Assembly: GCA_030704615.1 (NCBI GenBank)
Contig: CM060734.1
Coordinates: forward strand, 46,686,001 to 46,750,000
DNA: 64,000 nucleotides
Direction of reading: 5' to 3'
Source of the DNA: Takakia lepidozioides
Taxonomy: Eukaryota; Plantae; Bryophyta
Shown here: positions 11,697-23,200 of the stretch, one piece after another
How the letters are laid out: each line of letters begins with the position of its first letter
Numbering within the stretch: position 1 is the stretch's first letter
Made by a program: the position numbers and the translations under genes
Notes under the pieces: model-generated
What the model was told of the DNA's origin: nothing
The model's input: the letters and a program-made list of their open reading frames with translations, nothing else
Database searches by the model: none

Positions 11697-13585
11697 GGCT
11701 CCTATCTGTCAACTAACACGAAATTCTCAACTCAAAATGGTGTCCACTTGGTAGCATTATACAAACAAATACAGTACAACTCTGAGCCAGACAGAAATCC
11801 AGGGATTCTGCAAATCCATACTGTACAAGACCACAACCCTCAAACTCCAAATGTGGCTTTGAATGATCATATGACTGGAGCTGCAATACTCCAAGGGAAG
11901 TAATGCAAGGCTAGTGAAAGTCGTTTGTCAGAAAGACATGGTTTCAATTTCAACCCAAAGAAAATTCTTGCAAAAACAGATATGAAAACTTCATTTCATA
12001 TGACACATCTCGTGACGGGAGAGCGTCACTTCCAGTAACCAGTAATATTTGAAGCAATTGTACCTTATCTTGATGTCAATGAGAAAGGCTTCAGTAGGAA
12101 GTCAGCCTGCTCCAATACGAAGTTTAGGACTGTAACTGATCTCAATTGAATGATCTCCAGAAGTAGAGCATAATAAGAGGCTACACCGCAAAGACATAAG
12201 CCACAGATTACAAGGCAAGCAAAGAATTAAAAATAGTTGTTGTTTGCTATGTCGTTGTAAAGAGAATGCTACAAAGCTAAATAGCTACGCGTAAAACGAT
12301 CCGTCAATGCAAGGAACTGAGGAAAGAAAGGCGGATTGACAAGGGAATCGATACACCACCAGAAACAATCACTTCCAAGCTCAGGATAGGGGAGAGGAAG
12401 AGGCAAGAGAAGCAAGCACAAGCGGAGTGGATGAAAATCAATTGACTGCAATTCTAGGAAGAATTGAATTTGGCCCCAAAAATCCGAGCAAAAGCCTTCT
12501 TCCGATAGGGAAAATATTTAGTGTCATCTGGAAAAATTTGGAAGGAATGTCTACAGCATTACCTCACGGAACTACATTCAATCACAGGCATGACGGAATG
12601 GCTTACGCTTACGTATCACGAACAGGGTCCGCTTGTTCCTATAGGCGTTCTGTCATTTCTCCTTCCTGTCATCTCCTTATCTTCCATTGCTCACCCGTTC
12701 TGAGAACCTTGTAACTAAGCAATAAATTCATTCTCATACATGATCAAATAGTTACCTGTCGGCTGCAGCAATTGCATGAACCAGCCTCCTCTAAAGCAGG
12801 CCAAGAGAGCCCACTTCAGATTCTCTACACAAGGCTGCAGACTGATCAACGCTTCGACACATCCAGACCTTCAAAAGTCCTCCAAGAAATTCAGCCCAAT
12901 AAGGAGGAGAAGCAGGAGAGGGTAGGAAGTGTGAGGTAAGCGAAGAACGAGCGATGTGCAGGCAACATTTACGCACTTTCCAGACTGTCTCCACAGCGCA
13001 AGGCCCCTGACAAAACGGTTGTCACCCTGTCTTCTTGTGCTTCCCGCAGCGCCACAGGGCATTAGGCCCCTTTCCCCTTTCGCTCGTTCGTTCGTTCGTT
13101 ATATAATTGTTTGTCGTCGATGCCAAGTTGCCAACGGAGTGAGCTTTTTAGTAGCCCTTTTGCTTTTCATATCTTACCATTTGTAATATTTTTAAATTTC
13201 TAAGATATTTAATTCCACCCAGGTGAATCTGGGCTCAAATCCTGCTACCTTATTCTGTCTGCCCCTTGTGGCTCCAGCAAGGTGAAAGAGGTTGTTTTCT
13301 GTTGTCTCCAGTGCGGAATCACAAGTGTCAATCCCATCACTCCTTATTGATAGATTGCTAATGAATTGATAATATCTTTTGGTTGGAAATTATTAGCATT
13401 TTATTTTTAATAAAATGGGGATGGAAGCCCAGTTGATCAAATTAAATAAGGACAGGGAAAAAATAATCCTGTGAAGGTCATGAAGGCAAACTTATTATTC
13501 CACAGTAGATAAGGACAGTTGTTATTCCTCTAGTGACTGGAGGTGGCCTAAAAATATGAGTGTTATTTTCAACGACATACATCTA

Positions 13586-14043
13586 CCGTAGTCGGCAGGC
13601 TGATTCGGCAGTAAATAATTAGAAATGAACATGCCTAATAATAAGTGAAAATTTAGAAAAAACTGTCGAAATTTCAGAAATTTCATTAAAAAATGCCTAA
13701 AATCTCAAACAAACTACTCAAAGATGTTTCATGGCACAAAATATTTTCCTAGAGCTTGTGGTGCTTTAGCTCTGAGAAATCCTAGTATAATTGGCTGAAC
13801 AATCACTGCATTTAATGATTGACCAGATGCTCTCATGGCTCTTAACAACCCACATAATTCTCTTACCACATCTGGTACAGTAGATAAAGCAAGTTCATGC
13901 TGGGAGTCACTGCCGAATTACTTAAAATCTCCTCGTGGCACTGCCGTAAAATCTAGAAATTTCCTTAAGTTATGCCGGAGTGTTTTGTTGTAAAGGAAAT
14001 AAATATTCGGCACTTCACTGCCGGATCAACCTGCCGACTACGG
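13586..14043. mobile_element. MITE / non-autonomous Tc1-mariner-type element with TA TSD
   Basis: 27-bp TIRs CCGTAGTCGGCAGGCTGATTCGGCAGT and reverse complement of ACTGCCGGATCAACCTGCCGACTACGG (2 mismatches), flanked by TA at 13584-13585 and 14044-14045. AT-rich non-coding interior, 458 bp. Confidence 0.85.
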
Positions 14044-14253
14044 TATATAGAAAAGCTTGGGTAGTTCAATTGGGAAGACTTTATTAAAATTGCCGGTGAG
14101 GGTGAGGCGGTGAGGCCAGGCCATCAAAGTCAGTTCATAGTATCTTCCCCCCTTGAAAGACTGGAAACTCTAACTTACCACAAAAAGTCTTTGATTCAAT
14201 CTAGTGCTGGTCTGGAATTAGTTGGGTGCAATGGATGTGGTTGCAAACTTTAA

Positions 14254-15406
14254 CCCCTAAAGGACTAACCCCAATTTTTGGGTCCACCCCCAAAAAATTG
14301 ACCCTTCCCCACTAAATAATTTATATCTTGAGATTTCCTTGGGCCCTGTAAAACTGACCGTTGTAATATGTTCCTACCTACCCCAGCTCTGACCACAAAA
14401 AGTCTGGTCCAAATCGAACAGTGGGATTGCAAGATTATAACGTTGAAAGTTGGGCCAAAAACAAATTTCCTATTTACAATGGGAAAAAAAACAGCTTTTC
14501 TTATCGAATTTCCCAGCTGTAAATCCATATCAACCAGCATGTAGCCCAGTGGTAATAGGCACATACCACGTAGGACGTGGTTGTTGGTTCAAACCATGGT
14601 CTGGTATGTCATGAAGGTGTCCATCTTCCTAGCGGAAGGGAGCACCCCCTTGGGAGTGAAGTGACTCCATAAGTAACGCTTCCTTGGGGAGGCTTCATAC
14701 TGTTTTTTTCCCAGCTGTGAAATGACAAAAACCAGAATCTTGTACCCTGCCAGGTAAGACACCTGCCCTGAAAATTGCAGATTTTTCTGACATGTTCTCA
14801 TGTGGGCTGCTTTGTATGGCCAATTTGGGGGGTCAAATTTCCCAATTTCAATGGGGCAAGCACAAAACCGTATTAGAAATTTCGGTGAAAGATCTGAACC
14901 GTTGAATTGGCAATCGCTCCGGTTGTACTGTAGTGGGCAGTTTGTGTAAGCACTAAAAAACTTTCGCGAGCTTCCCTTCATATGTTTTTTTCCCCTGCCC
15001 CTGACTTCTCCATGTTTGCCTATACTTTTTGGCGGGTAGCCCTGGTTTGGGGGGCTGCCTTTGCCTGCCAATGGGGGCGCTTTAGGGTGGAGGGGGCGCA
15101 ATAAAGGGTGTTGGGAGACGCGCCACCCTGCGCAAGTTGGGGGTGCGTGGAATTTCTCCCTAACCTGACCCTAGTTGACACGTAGGATGGAGGGCAAGTT
15201 AGCTGCCCAAAATGGGGCTGAAAACCACGAGTGTGGCAGACTCTAGGTGTTCCACGTGGCTGGGGCCAGGCCCAATGATGAATTGGAAAATGCCACCTCA
15301 TAGCTGACACGATTACCTATCCAATGAGCCTAAACATGCCCAAATCAGGCTTAACCCCAGTGATAACCAGACACTTTTCTAAACCTAACCGACCATCCTT
15401 TAGGGC
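14254..15406. mobile_element. Possible non-autonomous TTAA-specific (piggyBac-like) element
   Basis: TTAA|CCCCTAAAGGA at 14250-14264 and TCCTTTAGGGC|TTAA at 15396-15410 (10/11 TIR match). Similar ends CGTTTAGGGG|TTAA occur at about 18983-18996 and 29439-29452. No transposase seen. Confidence 0.4.
14525..14706 (+). mobile_element. tRNA-derived SINE, copy 2, with ~12-16-bp TSD
   Basis: A-box TAGCCCAGTGG, B-box GGTTCAAACC, body homologous to 3616-3792, T-rich tail. TTTCCCAGCTGT(G)AAAT is repeated at 14509-14524 and 14707-14723. Confidence 0.85.
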
Positions 15407-15722
15407 TTAACTCTTTTGGTGTGTCTAAGAGAGAGACGGAGAGAGAAGTTAAAGTTTGTTGAACCCTCAACGAGAATGTTTCAACAAGGCGTGACACACA
15501 CTTCGGCCCTGCCACTTATGTAGGTAAGAGATAAATTAATTGGAAAATGCTATTTGGTTCACCTTTGGCCTATCATTGAGATTTGAGCATTTATATTTAT
15601 CTATATTATGTATTAGAATGTTTTAGAATTCAATATGGATTTGAATAAATATATTTAATTGTGAGCATGTGCCCAACTGTACGCACTCAAGATTTAAGGT
15701 AGTAGGTACTTATGTGGTCATA

Positions 15723-15784
15723 CCTTTCTAGTGGAAGGCAGTAACCCTTGGGGTGAAGAGACACCATAATTTAGGCTTCCTTCA
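15723..15784 (+). mobile_element. 5'-truncated SINE body fragment (copy 3)
   Basis: CCTTTCTAGTGGAAGGCAGTAACCCTTGGGGTGAAGAGACACCATA..GCTTCCTTCA matches the body of copies 1 and 2. Confidence 0.75.
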
Positions 15785-15838
15785 TCCCTGCAACCAAATC
15801 TATAGTAATAAACTTATAAATAACTCTATTCATCCATC

Positions 15839-16361
15839 CATGGAACACATAAGGAACATGTGCCCAGTTGGGACCCACTCAAGATATAAGGTACCTAAGG
15901 TCCTTCAATACAATGAGTGCGTGTTAATGAACTCACCACTCACCAAGGGAAGTCATATGGAACAAAGAGAACATGTACCTAGTTGGGACCCACTCAATAT
16001 ATAAGTTACCTAAATGCAATGCATAGTAATATGTTCACATTCATCTACCAATGGATCACGTATGGAACATAAATGCCCAGTTGGGAGTTGGGACCCACTC
16101 AACAAGATATAGGTCATAAGCTACTTCCATGCAAACCAATGCATAGTCTTGCTCACCATTCACCAAGGGAAGTCATATGGAACATAGAGAACATGTACCC
16201 GGTTGGGACCCACTCAATCTATAAGGTACCTAAGCGCAATGCATAGTAACATGCATTCATCTACCAAATGGAGCACATATGGAACATATAGAACATGTGA
16301 CCGGTTGGGACCCACTCAAGATATAAGGTCATAAAGTACTTCCATGCAAACAAATGCATAG
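15839..16361. repeat. Tandem repeat, ~105-120-bp units, 5 copies plus a degenerate copy at ~15665
   Basis: Core GAACATGT(G/A)CC(C/G)AGTTGGGACCCACTCAA(G)ATATAAGGT recurs at about 15855, 15969, 16075, 16188 and 16291. Inter-core segments alternate between two related types. Confidence 0.85.
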
Positions 16362-19300
16362 TCCCTCCTAAAGGCAGGGCCAGTAAAAAGGCCAGAAGGG
16401 ACCTCAGGATAAGCCAAGCAGAAAAACAAAACAAAACAAAGTAGAAACTATAATAACAATAGGAATAATGTAAGAACTTAATAGACGTGTGAGATCTGAT
16501 AGTACTTTCGTCGGATTTGGGCATCCTAGGCTCCTCCGGCGGGGCCCCTGTCAAATCCTCCCCACCCCATCTTACCTCGGTTTCACTATTAAATATAAGA
16601 ATCTATGTAGGTTCCAAGCTGTGGTGGGTAGCATGATGGTAAGGTGATAGCATTACAGGCAACGAAGTTGGGAGCCTCTTGTACTGTAACTCGGGTATCC
16701 GTGTAACTCTCTAGAACCCGTCTCTCATGTAACCCTGGCTTCTCTTGTAACTCTAGTTAGTCCATTTTATACTTAGCCACATATGGTCTTGGTCAAATTT
16801 CGAGACCAACTGTGGGTTACACCCACGGGAGTCACACTCCACTCTGTGTAACCCGAAGTGGAGTTACACACCTCGTCGTGTACCTCAGTGTAACCTAGAC
16901 TGGAGTTTACAATCCTTCAGTTCAATGTCATTCTCAAGAGAGGGTAGGAAAGATTTGACATGCGAGAAACTGGTGTACCATCATGTCAGAGGTTGCATGT
17001 GTGCATTAGTTCTTACATTATTTCTATTATCTTCCTATTATAAGGGCAGGTTTACACACGAGGGCCAGACATGCTCTAACAAATGGCACACGAAAACCAA
17101 AAATTCCCTGCACGGTATGATTTTTTTTAGTGTCAGGGGTAACCGGATTTGGGTGGTGTCCAAGCATGTGACCACTCACGTGGCAGGCTGGGAGGCATTT
17201 CAGATAATGCCCTATCCAACCTAGAAATTTGCTCTGAATCAAAAAAAAAAAATGGTAATGTACTTTACATTGGAGCAAAGCATAGAGTGACCTTGGATTT
17301 CTAGTAGAATTAGACATTTTAGGACCCTTGGTTCACTACAACAAATTGGGGAAATCTACCACCTAAATTCACATACAAAGCAACCCCCTAATTTCAGGTC
17401 TTTCACTCTGAAATTTCCAGAGAGCACCTTCAATGTGCCCCTATTTTTATTTTTATTTTTTGGAAAGAAATTGTGAATCGGGAGGCCATTCACCCAAGAG
17501 AAATATGAATATTGAAAACATATGGTCAAACCTGTCATGTAATTTTAATTTGGGTTCCAATTTTTGTCATTTCTTTTTGTTATAATCTCCCATTTGCAAC
17601 GGTCGAACGTGCCCAGATTTTGTGATGGTGTTCATGTCGTCGGTAGGGATGACATTGTAAGGGGGAATAGGAAGATATAGCTAGTTTAGTCAAGGTATAT
17701 GTTTTTTCGCAAAGGTGAAAAACATTAGCTGACCTCCGTCCCTTTCTTTAAAAAGAAAAGAAAAACTCATCACTAATGGTGTTGTGGCCTCCCCATTGTC
17801 ACTTATGCATGTTTGTTTGAGGGTAACATTGCGTCGTTTTCTTTTTCCTTTCAGATGATTTCCATGGTCAAGAGTCAAGAGGTCTTCTTAGTATGAGAGT
17901 GTTGACGACTTGGAGACAAAAGTGGTGCATATTGCTGTTAAGAGCCAAAGTTTTGTATAGTAGTGTGGGCGGCTATCATTTTGACTCAACTATACAAGAC
18001 TCCCTAAATAGCCTCCTCAAAAAAGGTATCTTGGTACAATGCGGGGATGGTATTTAGAAATATTTATTTTTTTGACATACCTTTTTTCATAATATTGGAC
18101 CGGTTGGCGGCTATAGTCGGTCATCTGGGTGTAATGACCGGTTAGAGCCGGTCAACTAAGCTGAGTGTAGTCAACGCGTCATAAATCGTATGATTCAAAA
18201 TACACGTATATACCCAAAAATTAATTATGACCCAACCTTGTATACACAGACTTGAGGTTAGATTGCAGATGAACTGGGATGAAGAAGCACCCTGAAGATG
18301 AAATGTGGTGCTTCAAGAGAGCTTTCCAACGCGCTTTACACCATGCAAATTGAGTAAATGCGCTGCCCAAAATCTTTTACAGATATCGCATGGCAAGAGG
18401 GACGCCGCGCCGGTTGACCAGCAACGTGGCATCCTCAGAGTGACTGGAAATGCGAGTACCATGCAGGGAGGTCATGCCTTTTCCGGCAGACGTCTGCCTA
18501 AACTTGCCAACCAATGGACATGTCACATAAATCCACATCTTTTTTAGAATTTTGTGAATTTTCTCAAAACCTTTTTACCGGTGTGTTGCTGGAGTCCCCT
18601 GCTACACACCCACCGTATCCCTTTTTTTTCTCAAAATTGAGGTCCCAGCTGCATATTGGGTAAGGGGTGTGAGAAATTCTCAATTTGCACCCCCTTGTGG
18701 TCACATTCAAAGTGACCCATCCCAAATTTTGGTACCCGAAAAATTGAGAAAGCCATTGGTCAAACCTACATTGTACCATATTTTCTCCCCAAATTTGTAA
18801 AATTAGCCATTTTCTTTTTATTGAAACGGTGAAATTTCTCCAAACTTGCAGGGAACCTGCACCATGGCCTTACCTTCCATATCGTACAGTTCATCCATGG
18901 TGACAAATAGCTACAAAAAGTTACAGTGTCCAGATGCAGGGTACGTAGTGTTTTTGGGCGAAAATGCCAAAACAGACGTGGACGTTTAGGGGTTAATGGC
19001 GTTTCATGTTGCATCATCCATATCCAACGGTTGGTGATGATACATGATTGTTTTTATCCATGTCGTGCGCATACATATCGCTACACAACTACATCGCTGT
19101 CCAAAACCACACAACACATGTGCACGCCACACACTAGTATATCACTAGTCCACCACTAGTCCAGCCACTAGGCTACAACTAGTCAGTCACTAGGCTGCCA
19201 CTATGCTGCCCACTATGGCAGTCACTAGTCCACACAATCGCCCCCCTAGCTGGTGCTTAGGTCCCTCTAAGTCCAGGTAGCCACAAGATGTGATAGTGAC

Positions 19301-19496
19301 CATAGCCTCACTAAGTCCTCCACCACTATCCCTACTACACTCAAACTCGATAGATCAAGAGGCCGGGTGCAAGAGTTGCCCCATCATTAGTCGCCGTCTT
19401 GCAACCTGTGAACTTGAGCTTGGGATCTCATGTATTGACTCCTATGAACTTGGCCTCCCATGTCTTGTTAGCTGCCTCCAGTCATGTCCACTGCCA

Positions 19497-19640
19497 CTAT
19501 CCCAAGCAGTGTGGACACAACCAATCTCCGTCAGGAACCTTCTCAAGAGGTGGAGTCAAGCATCCCATATCCCGACCCCTTGAGCATCGATCACACACCA
19601 GCATGGTGGCTGCCCCTTTGGCAGACCCACAGAGCATGCA
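19497..19640 (-). pseudogene. PHD zinc finger at the integrase C-terminus
   Basis: CMLCGS..MLVCDRCSRGRDMGCLTPPLEKVPDGDWLCPHC has C4HC3 spacing with the PPL..VP.GDW.CP signature; the ligand His is mutated (WH to RD). Confidence 0.9.
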
Positions 19641-19699
19641 CCTCAAACCTGCAGGTACCACTGTCAAGTTTGGGTCAACTCTGCCATCGACATTGGGAA

Positions 19700-20950
19700 G
19701 GTGACATGGCGCACAATTACGGACATGGTCCTTCCAAGTCATGCCATCCCGACCCTCCAAGATAAGGACCCCTGAGGGCAACACCTCTCGAACTCTCAGA
19801 ATAATACGCCCTGCAGTAACATCCAAAGTCGTAGGAGCAGTCTGCTGCAAATAAACATAGTCACCAGGGCTAAACCTCCGAACCCCAGGACGATATCCTC
19901 CACCACGTATAGTGGCATGCCTCAACGTATCACGGTGCTGTGCAATGGCAAGGTTCTCAAAAGCCATGGGCATGACTTTCTTGAACAACTTTGCACACTG
20001 ATCACATGCATGTACCCACACGTCCGGATCGTCAAGGTTAAGGACTTGAGCAGTGTCCCTACGAATGGCTGCAGGCAAATCCGGCTCTCGGCCAAAGAGA
20101 AGGAATATGGTGAGAATGAGGCAAGTGATGCTTGTTTGCTGAACCTGTAGCCCATGGTTAACCAAGGAACCTGAAGATCCCAATCTCCTAGGTGTCCCTT
20201 CTGCAAGCCATACTTGCGCAAACCCCTCTTCACCGTCTCAACAACTCTCTCTGCCAAGCCATCGGCCTCAGGATGATCCCGAGAAGTGGTGTGGTGGTCT
20301 ATCAAGGCTTTATCACACAAAGCCTGAAACTCCCCCAAGAACTCTCTCCCTTGGTCCGTGAGTACCTCAGCTGGAGCACCAAATCGGCTAAGCACACGAT
20401 CCAAGAATGCATACGCAGCCCCCTCACTAGCCTTGTCAGGCAATGGAACCAACTCAATCCACTTGGAGAAGTGCTCCACCATCACCAATATATATCTGTG
20501 GTGGCGCATAGTCAGTGGCAACGGTCCTGCGAAGTCAAGACTCCATCTGTAGCCCAATCCCATGATTGGTAAAGGATGCAACTGTGGTGTAGGGGCTTTG
20601 AATGAAGCACGTATCCTATCACACACCATGCACCTAGCCATGAACTGTTGCACCTCTGTATGCATACCACGCCACCAATATTGCCCCTGTAGTAAACTGT
20701 GAGTGCGTCGCACTCCAAAATGCCCCAACTCCTCATGGGCATGCCGCACTAACCGTGTACGCTGTGTGGGATGAGGCACAATCCTCACCCGACCATCCTC
20801 CCACACTCGAAGTAGGTGTATCCCCTCCCACTTGAACCTCTTGGCTCGTTGCAGGATCAGATCCCTCTCCCTGGAAGTCACAGTGGCTGCCGTGTCTCCC
20901 GTGCGGAGGTAGTCCAACACAGCCAAATCCTCATGTATATCTCTGGCACC
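19700..20950 (-). pseudogene. Gypsy integrase
   Basis: HHCC (HEELGHFG...CMVC), DDE core (WSLDFAGPL, VLTDQGREF, ADGLAERVV), frameshift near 20100, then SH3-like RFSPGDYVYL. Confidence 0.92.
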
Positions 20951-21469
20951 ACTTGGCTCATCACTAGCCTTAGGGTCCTCAGACACTCCGTCTACAGTCA
21001 TCCCTGTTATAATCCAACCTGACCTCCCGATGCCAAGAGACAAAAAAATGCAGATGTGTGTCATCCCAGCACCATCTCCTCGTCCGTCTCACCATGCCAC
21101 CGAGTTCCAGTGTCATCCTGCTAGCTCGTGCATGGATTGTACTCAATCTATCCGCATCCCGATTGACCAAACCTGGTCGATGCACAACCTGAACATGTCT
21201 CTCATGCTCCTCCACCGTAGCACGAGAGGCAAAGCAATTCATGTAAGCCTCAGGAACCGCCATATACGTTGTCTCTCTCCTCTAGTTACAATAGGTCCAA
21301 TGTCAGGCTCCCAATTGTCCTTCGTAACTGCAACCTTAAGTCCAGCAGACTTAGAGGTAGAGGACGCGTCCCGTGGTTGCTATGCCGCAACCTCTTGAGC
21401 AGTACTCTATGCCTGCTCAGTCAATGACAAGGCCTCATCCTGCCCCACTCTTTGTTGCTCAGCCATAGC

Positions 21470-22420
21470 CAAGCTGATAATCCAGGTCAAGCAATTTAGA
21501 TCCATTGCTTGCCCCAACACCAGACGACGTGATGCCACAGAAAGAGAAGGCACCGCCGTGGTCCCAGTGGAAAGACCCATAGCCCGCTCTCGCTCGTCGG
21601 CATTCGGCTCCACTAATTGCTGCAACTGAGCATCCCACAGGAGGCCAGGTCCACTATCCCGGAAAGCATGCGATCCTGGGAAGCTGAGCAGTGTAGGTAA
21701 TACTGCTCGTGGTTGATCCATCTTGTTGACCACTGCCAAAGGCGAACGGTCATCGTGTCTCACACGCTGAGACTGCCTCCCTGTGTCCAGAATGCTATCC
21801 ACTATGAGATGTGCTGGCCGCTGCACCCCATCAAATGCACGCTTGAGCAGTGCGGATGGCATCAAGTTAGTCCATCATAGCCGTGGACGATGAGCCCGTG
21901 ACCCCACTGTAGCTGCATCTAGCAACACTGCTGACCCAAGCCACGACCGGACTTGATGCACACTGGCCATCACCCTGGCCCGAGAATCGCCCATTAGTGG
22001 CACATTCTCCAAGATGTATGCTGGAGATACAGCGTGATGAAGCTGCAAGTGGCACAAAACCCGCACCATCTCCCAAAACAGACCCGACCTCGAGTCTCGC
22101 AATCCATTGTCATGCCCGGCTGATGAATGCCCTTGGCAGGGCCAACCTGCTACTACCAGATCAATGGAGCCAACCCGCTCCAAATCTTGCGCCCCCAGCA
22201 ACGAAATGTTTGCTGGCAAGGCCTGCTGATGTCCACGAATTGCAGACACCGACAACAACTCAGGGTACCACTGCACCAACTGAGCAACATGGCGAAGTGA
22301 AACGCGTCGTGCAGTCTCATCCCTCTCTACATACGGGTAACGCTGAACTCGTACACCTGCCTGTAACACAACAGCCAATCCGGTGCTGATCCCGCCAAAC
22401 AAGTCCAGAAAACAAATGCC
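21470..22420 (-). pseudogene. DNMT3-like C5 cytosine DNA methyltransferase domain within pol
   Basis: Motif I FLDLFGGISTG (~22400), II YVERD, IV DLVVAGWPCQGHS (catalytic Cys at ~22137), SGLFWEMVR, VI YILENV (~22009), VIII AHRPRL*WTNL (TGA at 21875-21877), IX ERERAMG, X RRLVLGQAMD. All are in one frame and in canonical order. Confidence 0.92.
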
Positions 22421-22849
22421 TTCATCCGGATACTTACACACAATAGGTGTGGTGTCCAATGGAGACAACTGAGGTGGTCCTGGTGCAATCCCCACACTTT
22501 CCTCCTCTCCTGACGGTACAAAAGCCTCCACCCAGGCTTGTTGCACCCGTCGATCAGCATCCCGCTGCAAATCCTTGCTCGTGCCCCACAATGGAGTCTG
22601 AGAAACCATGGTAGGCAACTCCGCCATACCATACATGTCATCCTGCTCTCCCGGAGGTGGCACATCCTCTGAATGAGCGTTGCCCTCAAGCAACTCTCTA
22701 GGCCAACTCACTGCCGCTGTGAATACTGCTAGTGTCGGCATCTTGCCTCGCTGGGCAACCGCAACTCCTCCTACGAACGTCACAGGGAGCTGCACACACC
22801 AGCCCTCCCCTGACTGCCATGCAGGCCTATAGGAAGCTGACTTCTCCCA

Positions 22850-23200
22850 AAAATCCAGGGTGAAGCCCATGGGGTACAACACTGCCCCACCAACCAAGAC
22901 ATTGTATGACACCGCGTCTGTCACAATGGTCTTGGCTTGCATCACTGAGCCATCTGTAGGGTGATCCGGCCGTAGTCTGATAGCCAACTCACGCCGTGTC
23001 ATGCCCCGAGCCTGTTTCGATCCTCCCAGAGACGTCTGTATCTGGAAAGGACAATGTTCCATATCCGCCTCCGTGAGGCCCAAGCCTGCAATAGCAGCTC
23101 TGCCCAGCATCAACCGCTGAGCTCATGAGTCCAACAAGACCCGCAGTGGCCGATACCTCTTGCCTGCCGGTCCACTCAAATAGAAAATGTCATCCTGGTT
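22850..23200 (-). pseudogene. Aspartic protease (retropepsin) with a nonsense mutation at the active site
   Basis: RVLLDS*AQRLMLG (DSG motif, G codon replaced by TGA at 23123-23125) ... YNVLVGGAVLYPMGFTLDF. Confidence 0.85.

Noticed and set aside
15839-16361. CRISPR-like look: conserved, partly palindromic ~35-bp core (CCCA-GT-TGGG) with intervening segments
   Set aside because: The intervening segments are homologous to each other (two alternating types), no cas genes are present, and the context is eukaryotic. It is an ordinary tandem repeat.
16680-16915. Cluster of direct and inverted TGTAAC(T/C)C motifs
   Set aside because: Probably subterminal repeats of a decayed DNA transposon, but no TIR or TSD could be defined.
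21470-22420. Bacterial restriction-modification methylase or contamination
   Set aside because: The domain is in frame between a retroviral-type protease and RT/integrase remnants, has DNMT3-like motifs, and has no cognate endonuclease.
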